Assembly: GCA_001938485.1 (NCBI GenBank)
Contig: MQRK01245057.1
Coordinates: 1-62,724 of the forward strand
Direction of reading: 5' to 3'
Length of the DNA: 62,724 nucleotides
DNA from: Girardia tigrina
Taxonomy: Eukaryota
The position numbers were made by a program, and so were the translations under genes. This document shows, piece by piece, positions 1 through 62,724 of this stretch (positions are counted from its first letter, which is position 1; every line of letters starts with the position of its first letter). The notes beneath the pieces were generated by a model. That model made no database searches and was not told the DNA's origin. It saw only the letters and a list, made by a program, of their open reading frames with translations.

Positions 1-229
1 AATAATAAAGTGGGGACTTTATATAATTATATATTATCATTATATATTATTATTATATTACTATTAAATAATAAAGGGAATAATACTCCCCACTCCCCAC
101 CCACTTTATATAATCTTCAAACCAATCAATAAATAAAAGTACATCCTGCTTGGCGTTCGATTTAAAATAATTTTAGTGGGGTGTGTGAGGGGAGATTTTC
201 TTGCCTTAGGGCGCCAAGGCGGGGTGACG

Positions 230-415
230 GTTGCTATGGANACGGGAACCGTAACCATGGTTACAACCGCCTTGGATCACTGTATCCGTTGCTAATGAAA
301 AACGTCCCTTGGTTACCGTTACCCAGTGACCCGGAACCGTTACCAAGTGACCCGGAACCGTTCCCAAGGGAACCGTAACCGTTGCTAGGGTGATCGGAAC
401 CGTTGCTAGGGTGAT
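230..415. promoter_or_regulatory. Tandem array of RFX X-box-like motifs in a GC-richer minisatellite-like repeat
   Basis: GTTGCTATGGANAC 230, GTAACCATGGTTAC 251, GTTACCCAGTGAC 318, GTTACCAAGTGAC 339, GTTCCCAAGGGAAC 360, GTTGCTAGGGTGAT 381 and 402. Confidence 0.5.
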
Positions 416-512
416 CGCGACCGAGTGTAGTTATTTTACATCAAGGTATATTCCTTGTACACGATGTACTAATAAAATAACATTTTTTTAATTGAAATGT
501 CTTACATACTTT

Positions 513-2154
513 CAGTGGCGTAGCAACTGTTATTGGCTCCCGGAGCGGTCCTAAGATTTGCCGCCCTCCTAACCCTAACCCATTATTCGGAACCCTTACT
601 ATTTTTACTAAAAATTAAATAGAGTCACAAAATATTTACTTTAATTTCCTATTTTTCTAGCAATACTCTTATTCTCATACTAAAAATTACCAATTAATGA
701 AGTCATTTCAAAATGTACAATTTTATTTACAATTTACAAGCGAACTTTTCGCACTTTCATTTCTGCAAATTTATTGATAACAGTATCAAAATTCAGTTCT
801 GCAGCAAGCTCCCTCTCAATGGAGACAACTGCCAAGTCTGTAAGCCTTGATTGGCTCATTGTATATCGAAGATAGTTCTTAATGAGCTTTAATTTGGAAA
901 ACGAGCATTCGCAACCCTAATAGCCCGGGTAAGAAAGATTCACAGCAAAATCACAATATTAGGGACGGAGTCTCTAAGGTGATATCTCTGTATGAAGCTC
1001 AAAAGTTCTAAAGGTCCGTCAATTCTGTTATTTCCTGTAGCTCGGACAAAATACTGCAGTCTTCTTCTTTCGGCTAAGAATTTCTCTTTCTCCACCTCGT
1101 CTTCTATTTCACCAAGTAGGCAATCGTAATTATCATCAAAGAGATTCGATGGTGCAATAACAGCATATCTGTTTGCAAGATCATGAACTTGTTGAAATCT
1201 TGAATATATTTCGTCTATCAACCTGTCTATGACAGACAGCATTTTCCGTCTCAACTCAGCATCAAATGTTATCGCTACATCAATCAATCACTCGCCATCC
1301 ATTCTTTTCTTTTTGCGAATACGACGCTCCATACTTATCCCCATTTCAAAGCAGAGCTTTTTGAATTTGTTCATTGCACTGTCCACCATCTTTTCTCTAT
1401 TTTCAAAAATGTAATCTCTCAGTGATATGAGCTTGACAGAACTTTGATGCAGATTGAGCTCTTTTGTTTGAAGATACTTCTGGGCATCATTGATCTCTGG
1501 TAGAATGTAATTCCAAAGGTTCAAAAGCGATAGAAATGGAAATGACAGTACTGATGATAGAATTAAAGATGTATCTGATCTTGTCGTTAAATTTTCTCCT
1601 TCTTTAGTGAGCTTCTCCAGAGCAGTCACGACTTGTGATAATTTTTTCACCAACACATTTACAGCATCAGCTCGAGTGCTCCATCTGGTTTCCACAACCC
1701 GCTTGATACTTAAACCGGTCTCATGAATCAGGACATCTCAGCGATGCGTAGATGAGGAAAAAAAGAGAACAACCGGTCCAATGTGCCAAAACATGTAACA
1801 GATAGAACCACAACGGAAGCTGCATGTATGCAAGCCTAATTCAGGGAGTGATTTCAGCATGGAACAAATAGAGCTTTCAGGTTAATTTCCAAGATGCGCT
1901 TCTGGACAACCGTTCGATGGGCAGACATAACAGCAGCATTGTCATAGGCCTGGCCAGGGCAATCATCAATCTGAATCTCGTCGTTTTTCAGTTGTTTAAA
2001 TATCAGTTCAGAAATTTCCTTTATGCCCTTTCCCTTTGTCTCGATGAATCGAACAAACGATTCTTCTACTTACACTTCATTTACAAATGCCGCCCCTAAC
2101 AGTCGTGCCACCCGGGGCGGACGGTCCCCCCGCCCCCCATACGCTACGCCACTG
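513..2154 (-). mobile_element. hAT DNA transposon, internally deleted, transposase pseudogene
   Basis: 12-bp TIRs CAGTGGCGTAGC; perfect 8-bp TSD CATACTTT (505-512, 2155-2162); ETRWSTR motif and hAT dimerisation-domain remnant. Confidence 0.93.
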
Positions 2155-4650
2155 CATACTTTTACATTTTTCGTAAATAGATATAAATCTAAGAACTTTT
2201 TCTTCTATAGACCATATGTCTATATTCAATTGTTGTTGAACTATAGACAGCTGAATATCATAAAGTGTATCATGAATAAATAAATAAAGTAATGCAAGAA
2301 TTTTTATTAGGTACTGTGCAGAACTTTATTGATAAGGCAAACTTATTTTATTTTCCTGTATTAGTTTTTTAGGGTTATATCACTATAAAACAAAAACTCA
2401 AAGCGAGGTAAGTACCATATAAAGGACTTAACTCAATTTTTAAAGTTTATTGTACGGATATTAAATTGTGATAAAAGAACACTAATTGTTTTGTGTACCA
2501 GTTGTTGGGAATTCGTGTTGAATAATTATTGAATAATTACAAATAAGATATAATATTTCTTTAAGAAGGAATTTTTTTAATTTTTTTGATAATCATAATT
2601 TTTCTTTAGAATTTGCGATCATCTACCACATCAAACTATTTAAAATTATTTTGTTTTGCAAATTATTGCAGTTTAAATTTTTAAAACTGTCAAAAAATAT
2701 TAATTTAGTTTTTTTATTAAGATATATTTATATTTGTGTAAATTGTTTAAAGTTGTGTGAGTATAGATTTGTCGACGTTTTGCAAATTCTTTAATAAAAA
2801 TCAATGTTTTACTCCTCGAGAACTAACAAACTACAGGATTCAAGTAAAGAAAAAGTCAGTTTTTAAGAGCAACCCCGATGTCGAACTCCTACGACTATCG
2901 AAACCAATATAAGGCACAGTTCAGAACTCCTCCCAAGAATACTTTTATGCAGATAAGGCTCTTGTAGGACTTGGACTTGTGTCAGTGAGAGACGAATTTG
3001 CAATGCAATCGATAGTGCAAGCATTTTGAAATCTCTTTTGTTCAGATTAGACATCTCAGGAATTAACACTAATTAATTTAGCAAAAACTCTAAATAAGTA
3101 CAACCAAGCAGATAGAGACTGAACAGTTCTGATTGTCTAGACTGGTTAAATCAAGGCGACAGAGACAACGGATACAAATAGTGTTTCTCAAAGATTCGTA
3201 ACTCAATTAAATACCTCGATTCTATTTTGTTGCGAGCAAAATTCACCACGAATGAACTTGGAATCTGTTAAAAGATCAACACCAATACGAAATCGGTGTT
3301 GATTTCTAAAACTCATACACTCTATCTCCTCCCAGTCCCGTCGTTTGTATGCAAAACTAAAATTCATATAGTGGAATAAAAAAACGGTGGCTGGAATCTC
3401 TGCAGTTGTAATTCCAGACAATAAAGGTACTATTGATGTCATATATAGTGAAAACATTACAAACGAAGAATGGTAATTCTTTCACTGCCAGAACAAACAA
3501 TTTCCCAATTCATTACAAACCGAGAAAATCACGCAATAAAACACTCTGCTGAGCGTGTAGTAAAGGTATAGAGGCACAGATACATCTCTTGTGTCTCTGT
3601 AAAAGAAATACTCCGATGATTATTGAGTGATATAACGTGGTGATGCAGATTGTTGAGGAATCTATATCATCAGAAAAATCAATTTTACAAATAATTAAAG
3701 ACCGTGAGTATGCGTGGTCTGACTCGAAAAGCAGAGCTGAGTTACAAATATTCAATAAAAGTACAAAAGAACATTGCCAGTTCGATATCAAAACACCGTA
3801 CAATATACTTAAAATTCTTAAGAAAGCAAGAACAGACAATTAGGCGAAATATAAAAAACTGTAAGAGGAGACCAAAAGCAACGCGAAGGATAGAAAGTTC
3901 GACTGAGCACTATTGTTGTAGGTTGTTTGGGTTCCTAGCCAAGTGAAAAAGAAACAATACTCAAAACATTAAAGTTTTCAGAGACGACAACAAAAAAATC
4001 TGAGACGCATGTGTATTGTCTCCAATTTCAAGTATTGTACTCTGACTTGAAGAAAAAAACGTCAAATGCAGCGACTATTGCTCCTACAATGATTGAGGCA
4101 AATGCGCCAGAAGTAGGATATAGAGAAGATTCGAGTAATGTACTCCAATGAATGACTCTAACTCGTAGAGTTCGCCTATTATCCGAGGATAACGATAAGT
4201 ATTCCGAACAGGAATGTGGTTTTATACATGTAATTTGAAATTAAAATACTTTAATCGGACTCCTATAATTTTAGTAATTTTATTTATAAAAAAATTACCC
4301 CCCAGACTTGTCTCCTGGATCCGCACTTGGAACTTACTAATTCCAAAAATAATAATTCTGAAAATGTTTTTCAATCATAAAATCTGCTTTGCCTTCATAC
4401 ATATTATCGAGAAACATTTTTTCATTAAAAAACTCTTATATTTAATATATTTGTTTAAAATTTTAGTAAGTTTGCTTGTATGTTTTTGTTTTTTCAGTCA
4501 CACTATGATATAAATGCAAAATGGTGGAGGAACCAAAGCGAATCCACGGAAAGATGTAGTAAATTTGGATGGTCCGCATCAAAACGGTTCTGTCGGTGCA
4601 TCGCTTTCACTGAGAAATGCCGAGAAGCCGACAAAATCGACCAACTGTTA

Positions 4651-4767
4651 AATGAACACCGAATATGAAACAATAAATAATAAATTATAATTATGATTTT
4701 AAAATTAAAACAGAAACTTTCAAAGAAAATTCAGCTCTTCTGTCATACATGACGGGTTTTTTTCTAG
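4651..4767 (+). mobile_element. Non-autonomous Helitron 3' end
   Basis: Hairpin TGTCATACATGACGG then CTAG|T; homologous to an inverted copy at 18259-18378. Confidence 0.7.
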
Positions 4768-5341
4768 TTAAAAATACTTAGCTTTTTAATAAAAAAATAC
4801 ATAGCGTTTTAATTAAAATACTTAGCGCTTAAATCACTGCCATGTAAATTTCTTAATTATAAAATACAACTTTTTAAAAATACCTAATATTAGAAAAATA
4901 CAAACACTAAAACCATATCGAAATGGTGTAACTGTTACAATGTCTAAAATTTCAAATTTGAAACCAAATTTTTAAATCGAATTTTTGTTTTGAAAAATAT
5001 TTTTTTAAATCAATCTAAACATTATAATACTATTTTATTATTATTACTTTTGCGGATACGTAAACAGATATTTTTAAAATAAAATTATCCTTAGAAAATC
5101 AGCGTTCTTACACGGAATTTTAAATTAATATTTTCAGTCTGAAACCAACAACAACAATGATAATACACTAATAATTGAATTTTGTTTTATTCAATCGATA
5201 AACCGAGGTAGTTTAAATTGTAAAGCAATTGTAGAGATTGTTAGCGATTGATAACAATTTTGCATTTTTCACATATTTTTTAAACTCGAAAACCAAATCC
5301 AATTTACCGGATTCTAATTCCCGTATCGCTAATTTTAGTTT

Positions 5342-54282
<48,941 letters not shown>

Positions 54283-55251
54283 GTATTATTTAATTATGTA
54301 TCTTTATCGCTTACTTGGTCGGCCATCCTGTGCTTCCAAGAATTTTAAATTATAAAATTAAATAATTATCATAGAACTATATTTTTTATATTTTCATAAA
54401 ATTTCGTTTATTATTTAATTTAATCAGATTGGCAAATATTTACATCAGAAATTCATTATAATACCACTATTAGTCAGAAGATTTGTGTTTCAAAATTTTA
54501 ATTTATTTTCTGCAGAGTAAATATTAATAATTTACATTTTATAAAATTTTTCTCAAAAGTCTTTCAATAATTTTAATTTTTGAAACAAATATTTTATTTC
54601 CTTTATTCACAAAAATAAATATTATTAATAGTAAAAGATTTGTTGTGTTAATTAAATTATTTATACTTGTTTTGTTCTGCTTTTATGTTTTGTTGGGAAT
54701 TGATAGTGACGAGATTTAATTAACAAATACCATTTAACAAATAAAGGGAAGAAAGAGAGAAAAATCAATTGGCAAAGCAAGAGATATAACTTTGTAATTA
54801 TATTTTCATTTTTGATTTTTGAGTAGTTAATTATTATTATCATTATTGGTAGTAGAATATTAAATTAATAAATAATTAACAGTATTAAATAGAATCAAAT
54901 AAAAAGAATAAATTTGAGAGATTATCGCTTTATAGATAAAAGCACAATAATATTCAGTAAGTTTTATGCGAAATACAGTAATATTTCGCTAATGCGACCT
55001 CTCCTCAATTTGTCTCTGATTGTCCAACTATCATGTACGATAGTAAGTAAGTAAATATCAGTAAGATATCAGTAAATAAATTGACTAAAAGATATTGTTA
55101 ACCTAAAAATTGTAATTATTCAAAAAGGATACAATAGAGTTTATTAAAAATTAGAATAAAAATAATTTTTACACTATGTTATAGAATTTAGGACTGGTAC
55201 ATATTTATTCGCCTATAATTGAAATTATAAGTCTAATTGTATTCCTGTACA

Positions 55252-58200
55252 TTAGGGTGCATCAAACCCCCTCATAGTTGAGAATTCTATTGTACCTATT
55301 CTATTTTTTTAGTAATCATGTAAAAATGTTTCACGTGAAATTTCAGCAAAATTAAACATTGTTTAGGGGGTCCACAGTACAAGTCAAGAATTACATGTAA
55401 CGTAAAAAAGTGCGTTTTTTCAAAATATTGAATATTTTAAGGGCTAATTTTAAAACAGTCTAAAATTAGTATTGGTGTACCATAATCAAATTAAAACAGT
55501 TTTTCTACATATAAATTTTCTGCCTTAGACATAAAAAGCAAAGTAATTTAAATTCTGGATACAAGTAGCAGAAAAGAAACGCACACATTATTTAGCCCTT
55601 TGACCTTTCTGTTTTATCAATAATTTTGTTTTTGCATGTAACAACTTGACAAATATATATTATATAGTGACCTTTTTTTGTATTTTTTAATAGAGAAANN
55701 NNNNNNNNNNNNNNNNNNNNNNNNNNNNNNNNNNNNNNNNNNNNNNNNNNNNNNNNNNNNNNNNNNNNNNNNNNNNNNNNNNNNNNNNNNNNNNNNNNNN
55801 NNNNNNNNNNNNNNNNNNNNNNNNNNNNNNNNNNNNNNNNNNNNNNNNNNNNNNNNNNNNNNNNNNNNNNNNNNNNNNNNNNNNNNNNNNNNNNNNNNNN
55901 NNNNNNNNNNNNNNNNNNNNNNNNNNNNNNNNNNNNNNNNNNNNNNNNNNNNNNNNNNNNNNNNNNNNNNNNNNNNNNNNNNNNNNNNNNTGCCAAATGC
56001 GATGAAAAAAGTTGAAGTTATGAATAATTACTTGGAAAAGACATTCTGCTTATGGCCAGCTGCTATTACACTAAAAAATCAGGAAGATATGGCATTTTTG
56101 AACTCGATGGAAACTGATAGAATCGCTACTTTTGGTTCATATGATAAAACTTTCAGTGATAAAATAAACAGAACGTAAAGAGCAAGAGATAAAAAGAAGG
56201 AAAAAACATTTAGCAACACATGAAAGTTTTAGTAATAAAACACTGGACCACATTGAAATTGATTCCAATTCCTCAACAAAAAGTTATGAAAATGATCAAT
56301 TATTGGAGCAAAATGATTCTGTACAATCTCACCATCACCATAGATCAAGAAGAACTGGAACGCATGCTTTCATACCTCACGATATCTTAAAACGGGAAAA
56401 GGTGGTATTTATTGCAACAAGGCTTCAAATTACATCCACTCAGCAATCTGCTTTTGTCAATGCATTGGTAGAACAATCAGGTGGAGTTTTGGCACAGTTG
56501 TCCACATCATATTCAACTGCTGATCGATCAAGGAGAAGCAATACTAAAACGTTGGCTGACAATATCAAAGAAACATGGAAATGTCCTTCATTAGCAACAG
56601 TACATTGGGATTCCAAGTCAGTTTCATCTTTATGCAATAAATATGAAAGTGAGGAGAGATTAGCAGTTCTAGTTGGCAATCAAAATGAAACAAAGCTGCT
56701 TGGAACGCCATCATATAAAACTGGAACAGATCAATCAGCTGGTGACATAGTGTCCTCTCTTACAGTCAACTTATTACATTCTTGACGTTGCACAGAAAAC
56801 ATTGTAAATATGACTTTTGACACCACTGCTTCAAACACTGGGCACATCAGTGCAGCCTGCATCAGTATACAAACCAAGCTTGATAAAGCCTTATTGTGGT
56901 CAGGATGTCGTCATCATATTGGTGAGGTTATATTGAGCCATGTGTTCAGTGCTTTGCAAATTGAAACCTCCAAATCACCAGACATTTCTGTGTTTACTAG
57001 ATTTCGTCACTTCTTTTCTAGTATTCCTCACAGCAATATTGATGTCAATAATTTATCATGTTCTGATTACAGTGAACTAAATACTGATGCCAACACTTTT
57101 TTGTCGTCCTTGAGACATTCTTTTCAACAGCTCAATTTATGTTCGCAGAAACAAGTAAGAGATGATTATGTGGAGTTACTGGATTTGAGCAATATATTTT
57201 GGATACAAATGATTCATTAAAGAAAATTACATTCAAGAAGCCCGGTGCCTTGCATAAAGCACGCTGGATGGCCAAGATTATCTATCCAATAAAAATGTGC
57301 TTGCTACAGAAAGAAATACTCAATCTGCCTTCAAATCCAATTACTAATTCACATGTTATGGAGAAATTGCAAAAATTTTCTACTTTTGTTTCTCATGTCA
57401 GTTTCATCTTTATGCAATAAATATGAAAGTGAGGAGAGATTAGCAGTTCTAGTTGGCAATCAAAATGTTTGCAGCTTGTGGTTAAGTTGCTCATCTGCTG
57501 TAGATGCCCCGTGGAGTGATCTGATGTTTTTGAAAAATTTGAAGAAGTACGAATGCGTCAACAAACTAATATCAAATGTTGCAGTCAAAGCATTCAGTCG
57601 ACATCTATGGTATCTGGCATCTGATACAGTAGAAAAACACCAGCACAGACTCGCCAAAATCTAGCACACCAAATCTTGATTTACAAGCCCCATGATGTTC
57701 AAATTTGTCAACCAAAATATTGTTTTGGTACAGGATATGGCAAGCCAAAGTTTCCTGATGTATCTGATGCATGTAATCTTGAAGATTTGGTTGGAAGCGA
57801 TGCTTGGTTCACAATTAAATTGCTGAAGATTGACTCAGCTTTCATGGAATTGGATACAAATGAATGGGATAAATCAGATGCATATAATTTGTCAGCTCAA
57901 AATATACAATCAATTTCTGTGGTCAATGATACTGCCGAACGCGGAGTGAAATTGAGCTGTGATTTTGTTGGAACGTCCAGAAGCGAGCATCACTACCAAA
58001 ATGTGTTACAAGTAATGGAAGATAACAGAAAACAGTATCCTAATTTGAGAAGAAAATTTGAGGTCAATAAGATTAAGGATAGCAATGATATCCATCTCCA
58101 GAAGACTAAAACTGCAAAATTGGCACCTGAATCTCCTTTACTGTCAATTGTGAATCCACAAGACTGGGTGGCTGTTATATACAATGATTGTGTTAATGTA

Positions 58201-58300
58201 CAGTGTTAATGTACAGAACCATATAATAAACTAAAAAAATAGTTTGCACATCACGTTCAAAGATTAAAATTAAATAAATGGAAAGATCAAATGTTGAACA
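55252..58300 (+). mobile_element. hATm-type DNA transposon, transposase pseudogene (right end not located)
   Basis: TAGGGTG terminus; VHWDSK, EERLAVLV, FDTTASNTG, CRHHIGE, RDDY, PGALHKARWMAK, RHLWYL, VVNDTAERGVKL. Confidence 0.88.
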
Positions 58301-59851
58301 CAACAACTGAAAATAAAGATTGTAACAATTTAGTTTTAAATTGAAAATTATTAAAAACTATTAATTATATGACTAAAATTTTTGTTTGTTTGTTCTTTTG
58401 TCGATCACGCTCAAAGTTTACTATGAACAATTTTTTTTTCACTCTTAAACAATGAACTTTTTTCTTTACTGTCAATGTATTTATTCATGCTTGCATCATC
58501 TGCCTTTATTGTTAAAGGGCAAAAGCACTTCCTATGCTGGAAGTTAGTTCCGACGTCGTAAATAGGTACTTCCCTTCCTGGAAGTCAGTTTTGATATTTG
58601 ACATAGTCACTTTCAGAAAAAAAAATATTTATAAATGAAGAGTAATTGATGCAGAGAGCTCATGGTGCGAGGGTAGGTTGCGCAGCGGTTGCGTGGCCTC
58701 GACGCTCTGGTGTCGGAGGATGGACTCTGGGTCAAGGGGAAAAATACAGTCCAAATGATATCGTACCCAGATTCAGGATGAGCTCCATTAAAATCTCTCG
58801 AATATGATACGCCTTCACCAAAAGACCCTCATTACTCCTGATACTCGTGCTCGTGGTGTTGACTCTGTCTAGTTCGGACTCTTCAACAAAAGTTTCAGAA
58901 ATCGATTCCAAATGAGAGCTTTCTCTATTCATTTTCATGTCTCGATAACCCGAACTGCTTTTCGAATCGCTGATTTTGACATTCGAAATCGTGAAAGGAG
59001 AGTTCATTTCAAAGAATTGTCATCAATTAAAACGAAAAGAGTTCCAAAATCATTGTCATCATTTTCATTGGAATTCGATAGGAACATGTTTTTACTAAAA
59101 AATCGAAATAATTCGAAGAAAAAATTTATTTTTGAACCAAATTAAAAACAATATCTTTTCAAATAGCAAAAAATACCGCTCACAAATTTAACATATTTGC
59201 GTCATCAACATAAATCAAATTGATTCATTCAAATAAATTTACAAATTCATTAAAAAATTCTTTTCAGGTTATTTAATAAATCGTCTGTATAAGCAGTTTT
59301 TTGTGAATTTGTATCGTTTGTTCCATAATGTAGTGGTTTCTGGAGACATGAAAATAGCACGGATTATATTTTTCTTCATTGCTCGATAATGATTTATTGA
59401 ACAAAATTCAAAGAAATTCAATTCACTTAACACATGAACAAATCGCGATAGCGCAATTTTCATGAACGATTTGAGGACATTTTAAATTATCGATTTATCG
59501 AAAGTTTTCGTAGCGGAAAAAGAGTTGGAGAATTTTTATAGGAGTATATTATGAATGAAGAGAAACGATTGAATGATTTGATTGAGATTGCAAGAGAATT
59601 GAAATCGAATAATTTAACCAATAAAATTTTGTTTCTTATTTTCATCTTTCAATTCTTCTATCGTTTTCATTTTACTCGGTAATGTGTTCATTGAGTTCTC
59701 CAAATTGCTCTTCCCGGGTGTTGTACTCAAGTGTACTAATGTACAAACTCCGAATTTACAATTTTTAATGAAAACAAACAAAAGAAAGTGATTTTTTTCA
59801 AGTTAAGTGTTTCAAAGATTAAAAAACTTAATAGATTTTTATTTTTTTTCA

Positions 59852-59881
59852 TGGGTGGCTTGCCGCCTATAAACTTTCTAG
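59852..59881 (+). mobile_element. Helitron-like 3' end
   Basis: GGTGGC-TT-GCCGCC hairpin, short spacer, CTAG|T. Confidence 0.45.
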
Positions 59882-61899
59882 TATATAATAATAATACTAT
59901 TGCAATTGAAATTTTTATTTTTTAAACTTAATTTATAATTAATTAAACATCATTTCAACAGATTTTAAAAAAAGGAAAAAAACCCTTACGCTAAATTTGA
60001 AGCAAATAATTTTCCTAAAAAACCATTTTTTTAGGAGATTGGTAGTATGACATAAAGATCTGCTGTTGTTAATCAAATATGGGACATGATTATCAACCAT
60101 CACTGATATGAAACACTAAAAAGATGTATTGGAAGAAATGAAAAAAAATCGAAAAAATATTTGTGGTCCCTACAAAATATATCAATTTGATATTATCAAA
60201 GTTATAAGTGCTGAAATGAGGAAATTTTCATCTGTTTACCGAATGACCATAAATCCAATGCGAGTAAAGGGTTGTTCAAAAGGGTTAAAGTAAGAAATTA
60301 CAAAACAGCGGCTGGAAAATTTAAAATCGATTTTGACTAATTTTTTACTGATATCGAATAAGGAAGTGAACTTGCTAATGAAGCAAGTTTTTTCTGGAAG
60401 CAATATAAGTTTAAAAATACAAAGACATTTTTATTCATCTAAATGAGAAATCTGAACCAGTAAGGAAACGACCTGAATATAGGAAAGCAATATGTCTCAC
60501 TGAAGCGCCAACGACGATACGTTACCACCTTTAGTTCGGAGAACTATCCAAAAATATCAAACACGTATATGTTGAACTTCCAAGAAATTAATTTTTGATG
60601 AATCTGTATAATTCTTCTTTTTCTTATCTAACCCCCCTATATCAAAGTTGAGGTGTTGTAAAATATTTTAAGTTAAAAAATTCATTAACAATAAATTTTC
60701 ATAAAAATATTATTAGGCAAAACTTTTTAACGTTTTTCTCTTGTTTTAATAATAATGCACTTGTCTATTTTACATATTTGATGGATATAGAAAGTCATGA
60801 TCTTCGTGGAGTTCGCATTTTGTGTTTAGGGTATTAATATTTTGTTCATAAAACGTCTTTCAAGAGACATGAATGAAGATTCCAACGATTATATTTTACT
60901 ATAGTAATAACAGGGAGTGGAGATTTTAGGCGCAAAGAAAATGTATCAGTCTTTACAATGTTTGTTGAGATAAACCTTATTGTAGAAATTTTGTTCAAAT
61001 AATACTATTATAACTTCAACTAAGTGTTTATACTATGACCTTTACATCAATGGATTGATAAGGAGTCCAATAGTACTTTTGATGTTTGTTTATTATAATA
61101 CCGCGAACATGAATAAGACCATGTAACAAGAAATGAGATTTTTACCTTTGAGTTTTAACAGAGTATGTGAATTGTGAATGTCTGTAAACTGCAATGACTG
61201 TAGAGATAGTCCAAAAATTATCAATTATTAGTTTGAAGTATATTGAGCAGATAAATGTGTTGTCTAAATTGTTAAGATCTTCGTTTCACTACAGAGAGTA
61301 ATCGATTATTAAATTCGTGTTTCGAAAGGGGTTCCATGGTTCACAAATTTCTGAATATTATGGATGATATATTATCGAACTTTCATCATTAAATAATTTC
61401 TTGCTGTATCTTTTAATTTTAAAAAGAGAATATAATGAAAAATTTAGAATTATTAAAAATCCCAAAAAAATATTTGTAATATTTTAATTATAATAATAAT
61501 GGATGTTTTATTCACACAAATTAGTTATATTATTTGTTATATTTATCCTTTCAATATACTTTTATCAAAAAAAGTAATCACAGTAAAGTTATAATACTTA
61601 TAATAATAATATTCAGTCCAAATTTGGTTAAATTTGGTAAAATATTAGTGTTTTTAAAGGCCACCTGAGGACTTTTTGGACAGCCTAAGTATAAATATAT
61701 ATTTTATGTAGCCAACTAAGTTTAAAAGACAATTGTTAAGACAAAAATAAAAATATAACTAGATTTTTTCATAGAACTAATCTTTGTTTTTGGGTGTCTA
61801 CATAAAATTCGTTTCTTGTTTGATTATTTTGTTATTGTATGAGGTTGTATGGAAATTATTAGTTATCGTAATGTCAATCTATCTTGGATTTAGGGATTT

Positions 61900-62120
61900 C
61901 AGATTAACAATGTTATATAATCGACATGTATGAAATTACAATGAAGTGCAACAAATCATTTAAAAAACCATATTCTGAAGGGTCTAAAGCATTTCAGAAG
62001 AGTATTTACAAGAATAAAGTTGTTCATTAACATCCAAATTTCAAAACTTCCTGTCGAAAATATAGAAAACAATTTGTGGATTGCAAGCAAATCTAGTTTA
62101 TAAATTTAATTATCGCAATT
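61900..62120 (+). mobile_element. Decayed Penelope-like fragment (same family as 6900 and 24860)
   Basis: CCATATTCTGAAGG..AGCATTT.AGAAGAGTATTT and AATCTAGTTTATAAAT shared. Confidence 0.65.
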
Positions 62121-62614
62121 AAATTACACAAGACAATAAAAATTTTCAAAATGTCTGTTTCATTCGAATTTTCGATTTTTTTAATCAATTTTGAGACGCT
62201 GAATCCGACTATAACCTATCTGTAAGCTTTCTTTGAAAAACTTAATTACAAAAGTTTGCATCATAATAAGAACGCCAATATTGGTTTTCACACATTTATT
62301 TTTATCTCAATTCGAATTGTCTTCGGAACAATTCTCAGCCAAGTTTTCATAATTTGACATCTTGCTAAATTGATAAACTTTTGTTAATGTCTCTTTAATA
62401 AATAATTCTTCGAACAAATTTTCATTTTAAATTATTTTCAGATTTTATTTTTAAAGTTCTAATTTTATAATTTCGATAATAATTTTATCTAAATATTAAT
62501 TTAATTTCAAAAATGATTTTATTTCAAGTAAAAACATTAATTTAATCAATTTAAAAATTAAAAGTTACTTACTTTATTTAAATTTTTGATATTAAAATTT
62601 GAAATGATTTAATA

Positions 62615-62724
62615 TTAGGTTGTTCGATATGAAACGGGTCAAAATTAAAGTAAAATGTAAATCGATTTTTTTTAAATAATAACATTTTATTTTTAATCAA
62701 AATATCCCCCCATGTTGTCAACAC
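62615..62724. mobile_element. mariner-type terminal inverted repeat (element continues beyond window)
   Basis: TA|TTAGGTTGTTCGATATGAAAC. Confidence 0.55.

Noticed and set aside
316-420. Repeat units resembling a CRISPR array
   Set aside because: No unique spacers, no cas genes, eukaryotic context
569-580. TAACCC x2 telomere-like repeat
   Set aside because: Only two units inside the hAT subterminal region
54283-62724. TPP2 exon 15
   Set aside because: No phase-compatible exon with TPP2 similarity found; presumably beyond the window or in the gap

Overview
AT-rich eukaryotic (animal-like) draft genomic DNA with N gaps. The backbone is one intron-rich gene on the + strand: tripeptidyl-peptidase II (TPP2, S8 subtilase). 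I reconstructed 14 in-phase exons by hand (5342-54282, about 890 codons); the C-terminal exons appear to lie beyond the window. Introns are either tiny (43-52 nt) or 1.3-13.5 kb and packed with mostly decayed transposons: hAT, hATm, Tc1, mariner, Tigger/pogo, piggyBac MITEs, Helitron ends, Gypsy and Polinton-like fragments, Penelope-like elements with hammerhead ribozymes, and a Ginger1 integrase-OTU transposon. The most unusual items are a strongly diverged but fold-preserving 5S rRNA-headed structured SINE-like RNA (14084-14541, -), hammerhead ribozymes inside the TPP2 pre-mRNA (one paired with its own antisense copy), five back-to-back hairpins before a TATA box (24533-24728), and a dense RFX X-box-like array (230-415). 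Family calls rest on motifs recognised by eye; no database searches were run.
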